The notes below the pieces were generated by a model. The model was given only the letters and a program-made list of their open reading frames with translations, had not been told where the DNA came from and did no database searches. Positions 35,201-47,098 of a stretch of DNA of 64,000 bases are shown here, in pieces. Positions within the stretch are counted from its first letter, which is position 1; every line of letters begins with the position of its first letter. Position numbers and translations under genes: made by a program. The stretch comes from Eledone cirrhosa. Its lineage: Eukaryota. The stretch is taken from assembly GCA_964016885.1 (NCBI GenBank), contig OZ024743.1, forward strand, positions 187,860,001 through 187,924,000, written 5' to 3'.

Positions 35201-38200
35201 AACTACAACAACAGCAGCAGCAATAACAACAACAGTAAGAGTAGTAACAACTACAACAACAGCAGCAGCAATAACAACAACAGTAACAGTAGTAACAACT
35301 ACAACAACAGCACCAGCAATAACAACAACAGTAACAACAATAACAACTACAACAACAGCAGCAGCAATAACAACAACAGTAACAACAGTAACAACTACAA
35401 CAACAGCAGCCGCAATAACAACAACAGTAACAACAGCAGCAGCAATAACAACAACAGTAACAGTAGTAACGACTACAACAACAGCAGCAGCAATAACAAC
35501 AACGGTAACAACAGTAGTAACAGCTACAACAACAGCAGCAGCAATAACAACAACAGTAACAGTAGTAACAACTACAACAACTACAACAACAGCAGCAGCA
35601 ATAACAACAACGGTAACAACAGTAGTAACAACTACAACAACAGCAGCAGCAATAACAACAACTGTAACAATAGTAACAACTACAACAACAGCAGCAGCAA
35701 TAACAACAACAGTAACAATAGTAACAACTACAACAACAGCAGCAGCAATAACAACAACAGTAACAATAGTAACAACTACAACAACAGCAGCAGCAATAAC
35801 AACAACAGTAACAACAGTAGTAACAACTACAACAACAGCAGCAGCAATAACAACAACAGTAACAACAGTAGTAACAACTACAACAACAGCAGCAGCAATA
35901 ACAACAACAGTAACAACAGTAGTAACAACTACAACAACAGCAGCAGCAATAACAACAACAGTAACAACAATAGTAACAACTACAACAACAGCAGCAGCAA
36001 TAACAACAACAACAGTAACAATAGTAACAACTACAACACAGCAGCAGCAATAACAACAACAGTAACAACTACAACCCAGCAGCAGCAATAACAACATCAG
36101 TAACAACAGTAGTAACAACTACAACAACAGCAGCAGCAATAATAACAACAGTAACTGTAGTAACAACTACAACAACAGCAGCAGCAATAACAACAACAGT
36201 AACAACAGTAGTAACAACTACAACACAGCAGCAATAACAACAACAGTAACAATAGTAACAACTACAACAACAGCAGCAGCAATAACAACAACAGTAACAA
36301 TAGTAACAACTACAACAACAGCAGCAGCAATAACAACAACAACAGTAACAATAGTAACAACTACAACAACAGCAGCAGCAATAACAACAACAGTAACAAT
36401 AGTAACAACTACAACAACAGCAGCAGCAATAACAACAACAGTAACAGTAGTAACAACTACAACACAGCAGCAGCAATAACACAACAGTAACAAAAGTAGT
36501 AACAACTACAACAACAGCAGCAGCAATAACAACAACAGTAACAATAGTAACAACTACAACACAGCAGCAGCAATAACAACAACAGTAACAGTAGTAACAA
36601 CTACAACACAGCAGCAGCAATAATAACAACAGTAACTGTAGTAACAACTACAACAACAGCAGCAGCAATAACAACAACAGTAACAGTAGTAACAACTACA
36701 ACAACAGCAGCAGCAATAACAACAACAGTAACAGTAGTAACAACTACAACAACAGCAGCAGCAATAACAACAACAGTAACAGTAGTAACAACTACAACAA
36801 CAGCAGCAGCAATAACAACAACAGTAACAGTAGTAACAACTACAACAACAGCAGCAGCAATAATAACAACAGTAACTGTAGTAACAACTACAACAACAGC
36901 AGCAGCATTAACAACAACAGTAACAAAAGTAGTAACAACTACAACACAGCAGCAGCAATAACAACAACAGTAACAACAGTAACAACAGTAACAACTACAA
37001 CAACAGCAGCAGCAATAACACAACAGTAACAACAGTAGTAACAACTACAACACAGCAGCAGCAATAACAACAACAGTAACAATAGTAACAACTACAACAA
37101 CAGCAGCAGCAATAACAACAACAGTAACAATAGTAACAACTACAACAACAGCAGCAGCAATAACAACAACAGTAACAATAGTAGTAACAACTACAACAAC
37201 AGCAGCAGCAATAATAACAACAGTAACTGTAGTAACAACTACAACAACAGCAGCAGCAATAACAACAACAGTAACAGTAGTAACAACTACAACACAGCAG
37301 CAGCAATAACAACAACAGTAACAACAGTAACAACTACAACAACAGCTGCAGCAATAACACAACAGTAACAACAGTAGTAACAACTACAACACAGCAGCAG
37401 CAATAACAACAACAGTAACAGTAGTAACAACTACAACAACAGCAGCAGCAATAACAACAACAGTAACAGTAGTAACAACTACAACAACAGCAGCAGCAAT
37501 AACAACAACAGTAACAGTAGTAACAACTACAACAACAGCAGCAGCAATAACAACAACAGTAAGAGTAGTAACAACTACAACAACAGCAGCAGCAATAACA
37601 ACAACAGTAACAATAGTAGTAACAACTACAACAACAGCAGCAGCAATAACAACAACAGTAAGAGTAGTAACAACTACAACAACAGCAGCAGCAATAACAA
37701 CAACAGTAACAGTAGTAACAACTACAACAACAGCAGCAGCAATAACAACAACAGTAACAACAGTAACAACTACAACAACAGCAGCAGCAATAACAACAAC
37801 AGTAACAGTAGTAACAACTACAACACAGCAGCAGCAATAATAACAACAGTAACAGTAGTAACAACTACAACAACAGCAGCAGCAATAACAACAACAGTAA
37901 CAGTAGTAACAACTACAACAACAGCAGCAGCAATAACAACAACAGTAACAACAGTATTGACAACTACAACAACAGCAGCAGCAATAACAACAACAGTAAC
38001 AACAGTAACAACTACAACAACAGCAGCAGCAATAACAACAACAGTAACAACAGTAGTAACAACTACAACACAGCAGCAGCAATAACAACAACAGTAATAG
38101 TAGTAACAACAACAGCAGCAGCAATAACAACAACAGTAACAACAGTAACAACTACAACAACAGCAGCAGCAATAACAACAACAGTAACAACAGTAGTAAC

Positions 38201-38331
38201 AACTACAACACAGCAGCAGCAATAACAACAACAGTAATAGTAGTAACAACAACAGCAGCAGCAATAACAACAACAGTAACAACAGTAACAACTACAATAA
38301 CAGCAGCAGCAATAACAACAACAGTTACAGC
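2201..38331. repeat. ~36 kb tandem minisatellite/satellite array, 47-51 bp trinucleotide-derived unit with higher-order repeats
   Basis: Consensus ACAACAACAGCAGCAGCAATAACAACAACAGTAACA(G/A)TAGTAACAACT repeated roughly 730-750 times (length/unit estimate); recurrent variant units; identical ORF-track blocks at fixed offsets (2072, 2742, 1789, 1013 bp). Confidence 0.98.
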
Positions 38332-39240
38332 AAAGTGTCTCCTCTCAAAGATTCTTTTCTATATTTGTCAGATAGCCATTGCTGATTTAACTTCTATGAG
38401 TTCTAAATTCCAAATTCATATTAAAAACAGTCAAGAAGCTTTCCTGCCTTTCATCTTTTCAATCACTTTGCATACTGAAACCAGGTTTTGTTTTGATAAC
38501 TCTCTTCTTTAAGTTAGATATTGTTGAGATAAATTATTGTTATTTCATTTGTACTTGTAATAATAATAACAATAACAATACTTCCTTCCACGCATTTCTC
38601 TAGAGTTTTCAAGTGTTTCCATCAAACCATTGCTTCTTGAGTATTTCAGTATTCCCTTTTATTTATATATTTATTCATTCATTCTTCGGTTTTTTTCATT
38701 CAAGGCTTTGTGATCATTACATTAAGAAAACGAACCTAACCCACTCATTCTGTCACTTTTCTCTCTAAACACTCCTAACTTCTGGATATACTCAATTTCC
38801 TTATATTCCCTCTTATTTTCTTTAGCACTTTACATCTGTCATTTTTTCTTTTGGTGTAATGCAACAGAATGCATTTTCATAAGTGGTATTTTACATATTC
38901 TATCAAGCACATTTATGGAGAAATCTAATATTTATTGTAGCAAACAGTTAGCTCCTAAGTATGAAAAATTCTTGTTATCTTTCTTTTATTTAATATTTTT
39001 GATACATGTGTTATTGTCCATATTTTGAGAGTACTTTGGCAAAATATACTCTGTATTACAATATGAAAAAGTACAAATTGTGTCTAGAATGATATTGGAT
39101 AATGTGTTCACAAAATATTTTTTCGCATTTCTCTTTCTCTAATCACCCTAATTTATTAAGTTTACCATGGTTTCATATTTAATTTCTTTTAAGTGCAATA
39201 AAAGAGAAATTAAAATTGGATGCTGAAAATTATTACATGG

Positions 39241-39283
39241 TATATATATATGTATATATGTATATATATATATATATATATAT
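39241..39283. repeat. (TA)n microsatellite
   Basis: Direct inspection. Confidence 0.95.
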
Positions 39284-39286
39284 AAA

Positions 39287-40737
39287 AGTAAGCCGCTCTA
39301 CCTGGCATTCGTCGATCTCGAGAAAGCCTTTGACAGATTTCCCCGTGCTATAATCTGGTGGGCTCTTAGAAAACCAGGAGTAGATGAACGGCTTGTGAAA
39401 GCTGTACAAGGAGCAGTCAGCAAAGTTAGGATTAGCAATGACTATAGCGAGGAATTTATCATACAGGTCGGTGTCCACCAGGGCTCTGTTCTTAGCCCTC
39501 TCCTGTTCATCACAGTTTTGCAGGCAATAAGGGAGGAGTTTAAGACCGGATGCCCATGGGAACTCCTGTATGCAGATGACCTCGCACTTATAGCTGAATC
39601 TATGGTAGAACTAGAGAAGAAATTCCAAACTTGGAAGCAGGGACTAGAAAGAAAGGGTCTCAAAGTCAACATGACAAAGTAAGTAGATGAGAAAACATAA
39701 CCCAGATTCCCTCCGGCAAATGGCCTTGCTCAGTATGTAGGAACGGTGTAGGTAGGAACTCCATCCTCTGCCCCAAATGAAAACAATGGGTACACAAGAG
39801 ATGTAGTTGGATCTTAGGAAGCTTAACTAAGAATGTAGGCTTCACATGTAGCAGCTGTGCTGGGACAGCAAGCAGCAAACAGCCACAGGAAACAAGTACC
39901 ACCAATCTCTGGGAGGGCTCTGTAGAAACAGTAGACAGCTTCTGCTACCTAGGTGACCGAATTAGCAGGGGAGGTGGGTGTTCGGAAAGTAAATAACTAG
40001 GGTAAGAACGGGATGGAAGAAGTTCAGGGAGCTACTGCCACTGTTAGCTGCAAAAGGCTTTTCCCTCAAAATGAAAGGCAGACTGTATGATGCATGTATA
40101 CGAACAGCAATGTTACATGGTAGTGAGACTTGGGCGCTGTCTGTGGAAGACTTGTGTAGATTAGAAAGAAACGTAGCATGCATGCTCCAATCGATGTGTA
40201 ATAGTAATATACGCGAACGGCAAAGCATAAACAAATTGAGAGAGAGACTGAGCATAATAGCAATCAAATGCTGGTATGGACATGTGATGCGTATGAAGGA
40301 TGACAGCTGCATAAAAAGGTGCAGAGCACTAGAAGTCAATGGAAACCGTGGAGTGGGGAGACCCAAGAAGACCTGGGATGAGGTGATAAAAACCAACCTT
40401 ACCCAATTATACCTCTGGTATAATTGGGTAAGGTCGGCTGAAGCATATAGACAATATGCCCCCACACCTTCCCACTGCAAAGTGGTTGTGGAGGTGCCAC
40501 GGCAAAAAAGCACCCAGCCCACACTGTAAAGTGGACGTGTAGGCGCCACGGAAAAAAGCACCCAGCACTCACTGTAAATGAGGTTGGTGTTAGGAAGGGC
40601 ATCCAGTGTAGAAAGCAAGCCAAAATCAGTTCCTGTATGAGCAAGGCATGGTCAGCCGACCAGCTACTGCCCACAACAGGACAACCCATCTAACCCATGC
40701 TAGCGTGGAAGAACGGACGTAAAACGGTGATGATGAT
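39287..40737 (+). mobile_element. 5'-truncated, disrupted RTE-clade LINE (family B) with composite 3' UTR and (GAT)n tail
   Basis: Encodes LYLAFVDLEKAFD, GVHQGSVLSPLLF, LYADDL, a PHD-like Cys cluster, FCYLG and HGSETW, with stops and frameshifts; paralogous to the 47849-50917 ORF; ends aacccatgctagcgtgg...gatgatgat. Confidence 0.92.
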
Positions 40738-41189
40738 ATACACACACACACACCTATATATATATAAAAATATATATTTGTTTGTCATTAACACATGTTA
40801 AATGTTTAAACAAACAATTTCTGCTTCCATCATAAATCAGGATCTTGTGAAATTGAGAAATATTAATCCGTCGATACAGAAATAAATATTACCAAAAATT
40901 ATTACCAAATATATCCTTTGGAAAATAGAAAGATAAGGTAACATGTGAAGATGTTCTCTTAAAATGTGATGAAATGAATGCAAGAAAGGTTACACTCTTA
41001 AGTGCATTGGGAAGAACAAATTCTTGCTATGAAAAATCAGGAGGCTCATTTCTTTTTAGGATAACCAAATATTTTCCAGCTGGAAAATTATATTAACAGA
41101 ACTAATATGATTAAACTTATAGATACTGAAGGTAATTATAATAATTGCAACAATAATAATAATATTAATAATATTAATGACAAAAATAA

Positions 41190-41996
41190 TAGTTTCTTTA
41201 TTGTCCAAAAGGGCTAATAGGAACAAAAACATTACATCCAGCACAGAACGGTATAGGACGATACAAAGTGGGTTTTGGCCATGTAAAAAAGTTATAACAA
41301 GTAAATAGAACTGTGTAAAAACAAATTAAAAAGTTCAAACAACAAAAATTCCCCAAAAGGGGGGGGGGGGGGAACCTCTGAGGGTCACTCATGGTGAAAA
41401 CCACACAGAAGACCATGGCAACTCTGACCAACAGGGTACATGCCCTCTCTCAGTTCTCCCACTTCTCAGTCTACAGGCGCATACTCAGAACGGGCCTGTT
41501 CACTTGGACCAGACTCGCCACTTTCACTCATCGTTCAACAAACTTACTGGAAGACAGCACTTGCCTCTCCACTCTGATTTTCCTCTTCAAGTGAAATTTG
41601 ATAAAGTTAATCAGGAATACAACCTTGTCCACCACACAATCTCTTATGCCATGGGCACCAGGCAGAAGAAAACTTCCTGCCCTTCCTCCTCCTTAAAGGA
41701 GGACGGTGGGGTTATCTGCACAATGGACTCAGTCGCTAACTGGATCCAACAACAACTGTTTGGCATAGTCCCACAAGTCAGCAATGCTCAGGCACTAAAC
41801 AAGTGCGGGCATGACAGTTTCGTCGCCCTGCACACATCTCAGACAGGTTCGGCTGACAGCACTTTTGAGACTGTAGAGCTTATCTCGAACCTGCAATGCT
41901 CCCCAGTAGCACTGCCAGGCCAGGGATTTCTGGAACTTGTCCATAGACCCCGGGCTAAAAGTTCTCTTGAAGAGAGCGAACAGCTGGTCGTCTTCG
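41190..41996 (-). mobile_element. 3' fragment of Tx1/L1-clade non-LTR retrotransposon (zf-RVT region and 3' UTR)
   Basis: Minus-strand translation LAWQCYWGALQVRDKL...TCLRCVQGDETVMPALV*C..IADLW resembles the C-terminal zf-RVT motif of L1/Tx1 ORF2; AATAAA on the minus strand near 41197-41202; contains stops and frameshifts. Confidence 0.75.
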
Positions 41997-42069
41997 ATGA
42001 TAATAATAATAGTGATAATAACTATAGTATTTATAATAATATAATAATAATAGGCAAATAATAATAAGT

Positions 42070-42122
42070 AACCCATGCTAGCATGGACAAAAAGGATGTT
42101 AAATGGTGATGAAGATGATGAT
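42070..42122 (+). mobile_element. isolated RTE 3' tail (stem-loop plus (GAT)n)
   Basis: aacccatgctagcatggac...gatgatg. Confidence 0.7.
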
Positions 42123-42417
42123 ATATAAAAAAAAACTGAGTATAAAGTTTGATTGTTCGTAGTTATCACATCATGACATATATCATCTGCATATTGTCTG
42201 TACTGTCTGTTTGTTAGTATATAATGTTGGGCTGTAATGTAAGAATGTTTTTCACAAGCCAAAATTGCTTAAGATTTTTTGTTTATATATGGATATTAGG
42301 AAACAAATTTATAAATGTTCTTTATTTTATCAATTTTACATTAAAATTCCAACTTTGCACTGTTATCTCTCATTGTGAAGCTGGAGATCATGTAATATCA
42401 CAAAGTAAAATTTCATA

Positions 42418-43225
42418 CTTCTCCCTACATCTATTTGCTAGGCATTTAGTATAGACTTTACCAGAGAGAGACTTAATAAGAAATTGCTTTTCTATAATGA
42501 AAGCAATCTCTCTTGACTCCCTTTTTAAAAATTAGGATTATCACTCCTGATTGCCATTATTGAGGTGCCTTTCCAGAGATCCAGGCCACTTGGCATACTT
42601 GAGTCAACCAGAGAATACCTTCTCTATTTAAGGTTTTTAACATCTCTGCTTGAATTTCGTCCTCCCTAAGGGTCTTGCCCCATTTGAGCTCTTTAATTGT
42701 ACTTGTGACATCAGCTTCTGAGAGATTAGTTATCACTCCCTGATGCACCTTGTTTACATCAGAAGATGCTGCTGTAACCAGGTTTAGGAGATCAGGAATG
42801 TATTTACTCCACCTCCCAAGGATACTCCTCTCTGAATAGAGGATAACACCAGATGTATTCCTGATAGCAGGTGTGAAGGGGGACTTCTTATAACAGAGTT
42901 GGTGGATGGTCTGCCAGAACACTTTATTTACTGATCTGAAGTCGGATTCCAGCTTAAACCCCAAATCCTCCTATGTCTTAACTTTGGATGTATTTACTGT
43001 CTCTGCTGCAATTCTTCATGCCTGCTTGTCCTACAAGTGCAACAAGAAGGACTTATTTCCAAGGCAAGCTTTGTAGGCCTCCTTCTTTACTCATTTAACA
43101 TCTTTGACTTCTTGATTAAATCAAGAGATCCTCCTGCCACCTGGCACCACACTAAGCCACTTTTGCCTGCATCATTTAACAGCTGAAACAGAGACTGCTG
43201 AGCTAAACAGTTTCCACTCAATTTC
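42418..43225 (-). mobile_element. internal fragment of Expander/Rex3-like RTE LINE
   Basis: NKVFWQTI...ILGRW...EDEIQAEMLK...WQSGVIILIFKKG (EN-RT linker and start of RT); same family as 61980-63420. Confidence 0.8.
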
Positions 43226-43671
43226 GAAGAAGGAGTAAAGTAACAAACAATTTGCATTAAAATAATAAAGTGTTTAATTAAAATGACAAATCAAAAGCAT
43301 CTTTTTCTTTTTGCCTAAGCTGTGTTGCAGAACATTTCTGATATGAAAAATAAAGGAAATAAATAAAAAAAAAAATAACTTGATAAGATATTGATCCTGC
43401 AAATAAAATTGAATTAGGAGAGCAAAAAGTGATGGATTAGCCTATTTATCCCCCAGCATCTGATTATAACTATTTCTCCATTACGTTTTTGCAAATTCAG
43501 AAGTGATTTAAAAATTGAAGTAAATTTTAACTTCTAAAGAAAATTGTCTCTTCATTTATTTTTACATTTTAATGGCATCATCAAATATAGTTTCATAATT
43601 ATGTGTTAATATTTATTTCCATATTTTCTAAACATGATACATGTGTATCCCAGTTTTATGAATCCCAAGAG

Positions 43672-43770
43672 AGGTTTGGTGTAAAAAAAGGCATCTAATC
43701 ATAGAACTGTCTCAAAACATCCTGCCCATTCCATGCCAGCAAAGAAAATGGAATGAAAAATGATCACTGT
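43672..43770 (+). mobile_element. degenerate bipartite RTE-derived short element
   Basis: ggtttggtgtaaaaaaaggcatcta...ccatgccagcaaagaaaatgg, same layout as 46460-46575. Confidence 0.5.
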
Positions 43771-43819
43771 GAGGATAATGGTAATCTACATTTTACCTAC
43801 ATTACTTCTTAAATAATTG

Positions 43820-44028
43820 TTTCTATTTTAGGTAGAAGGCCAGCAAAGGAGAAAAAAAAGTTGATTAAATTGAGTCCAGTGCATTACTGGTGCTTTATTT
43901 TATCAACCTCGTAAGGATAAAAGGTAAAGCTAATCTTGGTGGGATTTGAACTCAGAATGTAAAGAGCTGTAAGTCTATGCTGCAAAGCAGGCTGTCTGGC
44001 ATTTTACAGACACTGCCAATCCACTGCA
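43820..44028 (-). mobile_element. tRNA-derived SINE
   Basis: On the minus strand, A-box-like TGGCAGTGTCTG and B-box GAGTTCAAATCCC; body matches 60014-60196. Confidence 0.75.
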
Positions 44029-44710
44029 GTATTTTAGTTATTCAGCTGACAACATCTAATAAGAGCCCTACATCCAAGGTTATGAAGCAAGGTTACAGAC
44101 TAAGGTTTTGGCAGTAGGAAGGTAACTGAGGCAGCAATGATTGATATCAGGATGACAATCTAGTGGAACATTTGGAAGGACTTTTCAACATACAATATAA
44201 GTTTTGCAGACTACAACAAGTAGGTCAAAATGCCTGATAGAAGCAGGTACATACAGACCAAGCAATGGTTCATGATAAATATTGGATTGGTCTATTTATT
44301 ATTTGTTTACTGGTTCTATACTGGTTCTATACCCATATGAGACATAGGGGTACTAACATCTAACTTTAGTGTTTTGTTTTTTCTTTTTATTTAAATTCAA
44401 TTCATATTTTAAAAGAAGTAGGTATTTTATGAAGAAATTCTGTATAAAGGGGACCAAGTTTTGTAGCTATGTAGTTGTAAATGTATTGGGTCTGGGAATA
44501 TGCATTAATGGTCATATTCTTTATAAACATCCAAAGTCAATAAATACGCCAGGATTCTTTCATTCTGATGATTGAAAGCAAAATTCTTTTGCTTTTAAGA
44601 AACCACTGGTAAATGAAATAATTGCTTTATGTTGTTTATTACATAACTATTAAGCTCTGTTACCTACATAGAGCACTCTTTTTTCCTGGACTTTTCAGAC
44701 GGAATTACTT

Positions 44711-44715
<5 letters not shown>

Positions 44716-44778
<63 letters not shown>

Positions 44779-44787
44779 TATATATAT
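44716..44787. repeat. compound (CA)n(TA)n microsatellite
   Basis: Direct inspection. Confidence 0.95.
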
Positions 44788-44789
44788 GT

Positions 44790-46167
44790 TGCATTACTTG
44801 CACAGATTCCCTTAACTCTCTGTCATCATTCAATTCCATTTTCATCATATTCAGCAGGTCAGAGAGACTGCAGTTTATTTCATGATAAATCTGTTTGATA
44901 TAGGTCTTCCTTGTGTAGGCTCCCACAAAAGAACTTTGCTAACAATTGTGTCTCCAGCACTCAAACAAATACTCTCTGAATCTGACTCTACACTATTTGA
45001 TGATGTAATTTATTGGTCAGAAGGTCTCTCCAACAGACGATTTCTCCAAGAGACAAGTCAAACATCAAAGCAAAAAGTGAAAAATAAACAGGCTACAAAT
45101 CTGGAAAAATCTCTTCCAAGATATCTTTGGCAAACTAGACAAAGTTGACATGCCTATACAACAAATATTAGAAGAACTCAATATCAAATGTGGAGACTTT
45201 ACAAATGTTGAATTGGAAACTGTTCTAAAAACATTGAAATCAAACAAAAATCTTGGCCTTGATGAAATACCATCTGAAGTATGGAAAACCAAAAACCCTT
45301 GTATCAATAGCTGTAAAACTCTTTATTGCTTAACTGCATATCAATACTGAGAAAAAATCAAAATGGCTTTCAAAGAAGACAATCAACTACTTGTCAAATC
45401 TTAAACCTTTGCAGAATTCTTGAGGATGTGAAACTTAAAATTCTAAATGCTGTTCTGTTATTCATTGATTTCTCCAAAGCATTCAATTCAATTCCTAGAG
45501 GTAAAATGGAAGATATACTGCTAGCCTAAAAAATATACTGCTAGCAAAAAAAAAAGAAAAGCTGTAAAAGCCTTTATGATGCACTACAAAAACACATTCA
45601 ATGATGCGATCTCCAGACGGTGATAGAGATTTTGTTGAAATTGTTGTAGGAGTGCTACAAGTTTACACTTTAGCACTCTATATGTTCATCGTTTGCCGGA
45701 TTACATTCTCAGAACTTCTGCTGATACCATTAAAGACAATATATATCACACTATATCCATGATGTAATGGATATCCTGCCACAACAATAAGATTCAGATT
45801 ATTCTGATGATTTAGTGCTACTCTGTGATCTTATAAGCCAAGCAGAAACTCTTCCCCATAGTTTTGACTATTCAGTCAAAGGTAACTCAGACAAAAGGGA
45901 ATGTACAAGCTTAAATTAAAATGTAATAATCAAAACAGTATTGGGCACACTTCACAACTGTGTAAAAGAATTTATGGATCTGGGTAGTTGAGTCTCTAGC
46001 TATGAAAGCAATGTGAATACATACATTGGTAAAGCCTGGGTGCCAATGACAAGTTATCTCTAGTGTGAAAATCTAAACTTCCAGACAAAATGAAATGAAG
46101 CCTCTTTCAAGCAACTGTTACCTCTGTTCTATTGTATGGTTGACCATCATGGACCTTAAAACTGGAA

Positions 46168-46168
<1 letters not shown>
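44790..46168. mobile_element. degenerate RTE-clade LINE with 5' inversion (C-terminus on minus 44790-44960; RT on plus ~44960-46168)
   Basis: Plus strand: GLDEIPSEVWK, ILRKNQNGF, FIDFSKAF, GVLQ, DYSDDL, SVLLYG..WTL. Minus strand: VSKVLLWEP..GRP/TYIKQI..DDRELRE, the C-terminus of the same family. Confidence 0.8.
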
Positions 46169-46208
<40 letters not shown>

Positions 46209-46213
<5 letters not shown>

Positions 46214-46338
46214 TAAAATAACAGATTAAAGTTTAAGCAAAGAATCACTGCTTTCACCCTTAACGGTTCTTATATATTTGATATATATTTATCCTTTTCG
46301 AGCCCTCTTTGGATTTTAGTCTTTAAATTTATTATTAT

Positions 46339-46342
<4 letters not shown>
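46209..46342. repeat. short interspersed repeat embedded in (TA)n, copy 1
   Basis: Closely matches 54577-54682 (tttattaaaataacagat...cgagccctctttggattttagtc...attattattac). Confidence 0.8.
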
Positions 46343-46392
<50 letters not shown>

Positions 46393-46459
46393 TGATGGGT
46401 GTATCTTGGTTTTTAGAATATGTACACCATACTCCTGCATGTCATTAGAGACAATTGAA

Positions 46460-46575
46460 AGAGTTGGTGTCAAGAAGGGCATCTGGCTGTAAAACATTGT
46501 CTCAAAAAGTCACTTTCTACCCATGCCAGCATGGAAAAATGGATGTAAGAACGATGATAATGGTGATGATGATGT
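46460..46575 (+). mobile_element. bipartite RTE-derived short element (5' UTR motif fused to 3' tail)
   Basis: gttggtgtcaagaagggcatctggctgtaaaa followed within ~30 nt by acccatgccagcatggaaaaatggatgtaa-(GAT)n. Confidence 0.65.
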
Positions 46576-46727
46576 ACTTTGCTAAACTATGAAGTTTGTG
46601 TCTAGTGGTGAAAGGCATGGTAGTGCTGCAATAGGAATCCTAGGATTTTGCTCTTCTTCTATAACCAAGTGAGACAGAGAAGGGGAAAGAAGGATAGAGA
46701 ATGAAAGAGTGATAGATATATAGATAT

Positions 46728-47067
46728 GTCAGTGTACATGAATGACCGAGCATGGATGTGTTGAGAGAGAAACTGTGTTTAAGAGGGATAAGTTGTAGTG
46801 TGCGGGAGAGAAGACTGTGATGGTATGGACATGTGATGTGCATGGAGGATGATCGCTGGCTAAAGAAGTGCCAAGAAATGCCAGTTGAAGGAAGACGCAG
46901 TAGAGGAAGACCACGAAAAAGATGGGCAGAGGTGGTGAGAGCAGACCTCAGATCACTGAAGCTCACGGTGAAGATGACGAAGGACTGTGACAAATGGAGA
47001 GATACTAAATAGGACCCATCCCACCATTGCAAGCAGGGAAAAGTGAACATAGAATGATGATGATGAT

Positions 47068-47070
<3 letters not shown>
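46728..47070 (+). mobile_element. 5'-truncated 3' end of the intact RTE family (family A)
   Basis: High similarity to 50583-50938, including the (GAT)n tail. Confidence 0.9.

Positions 47071-47095
<25 letters not shown>

Positions 47096-47098
<3 letters not shown>

Noticed and set aside
2192-38291. Over 100 predicted poly-Val/Cys/Leu/Thr ORFs in the array
   Set aside because: By-products of a trinucleotide-based repeat; starts are mostly TTG/GTG/CTG, frames switch at recurrent deletions, and lack of stops is expected from the triplet composition
2590-38331. CRISPR-like array
   Set aside because: No unique spacers, eukaryotic context and no cas genes
41504-42061. 185 aa plus-strand ORF as a host gene
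   Set aside because: Antisense to the Tx1/L1 fragment and runs into a TAA repeat
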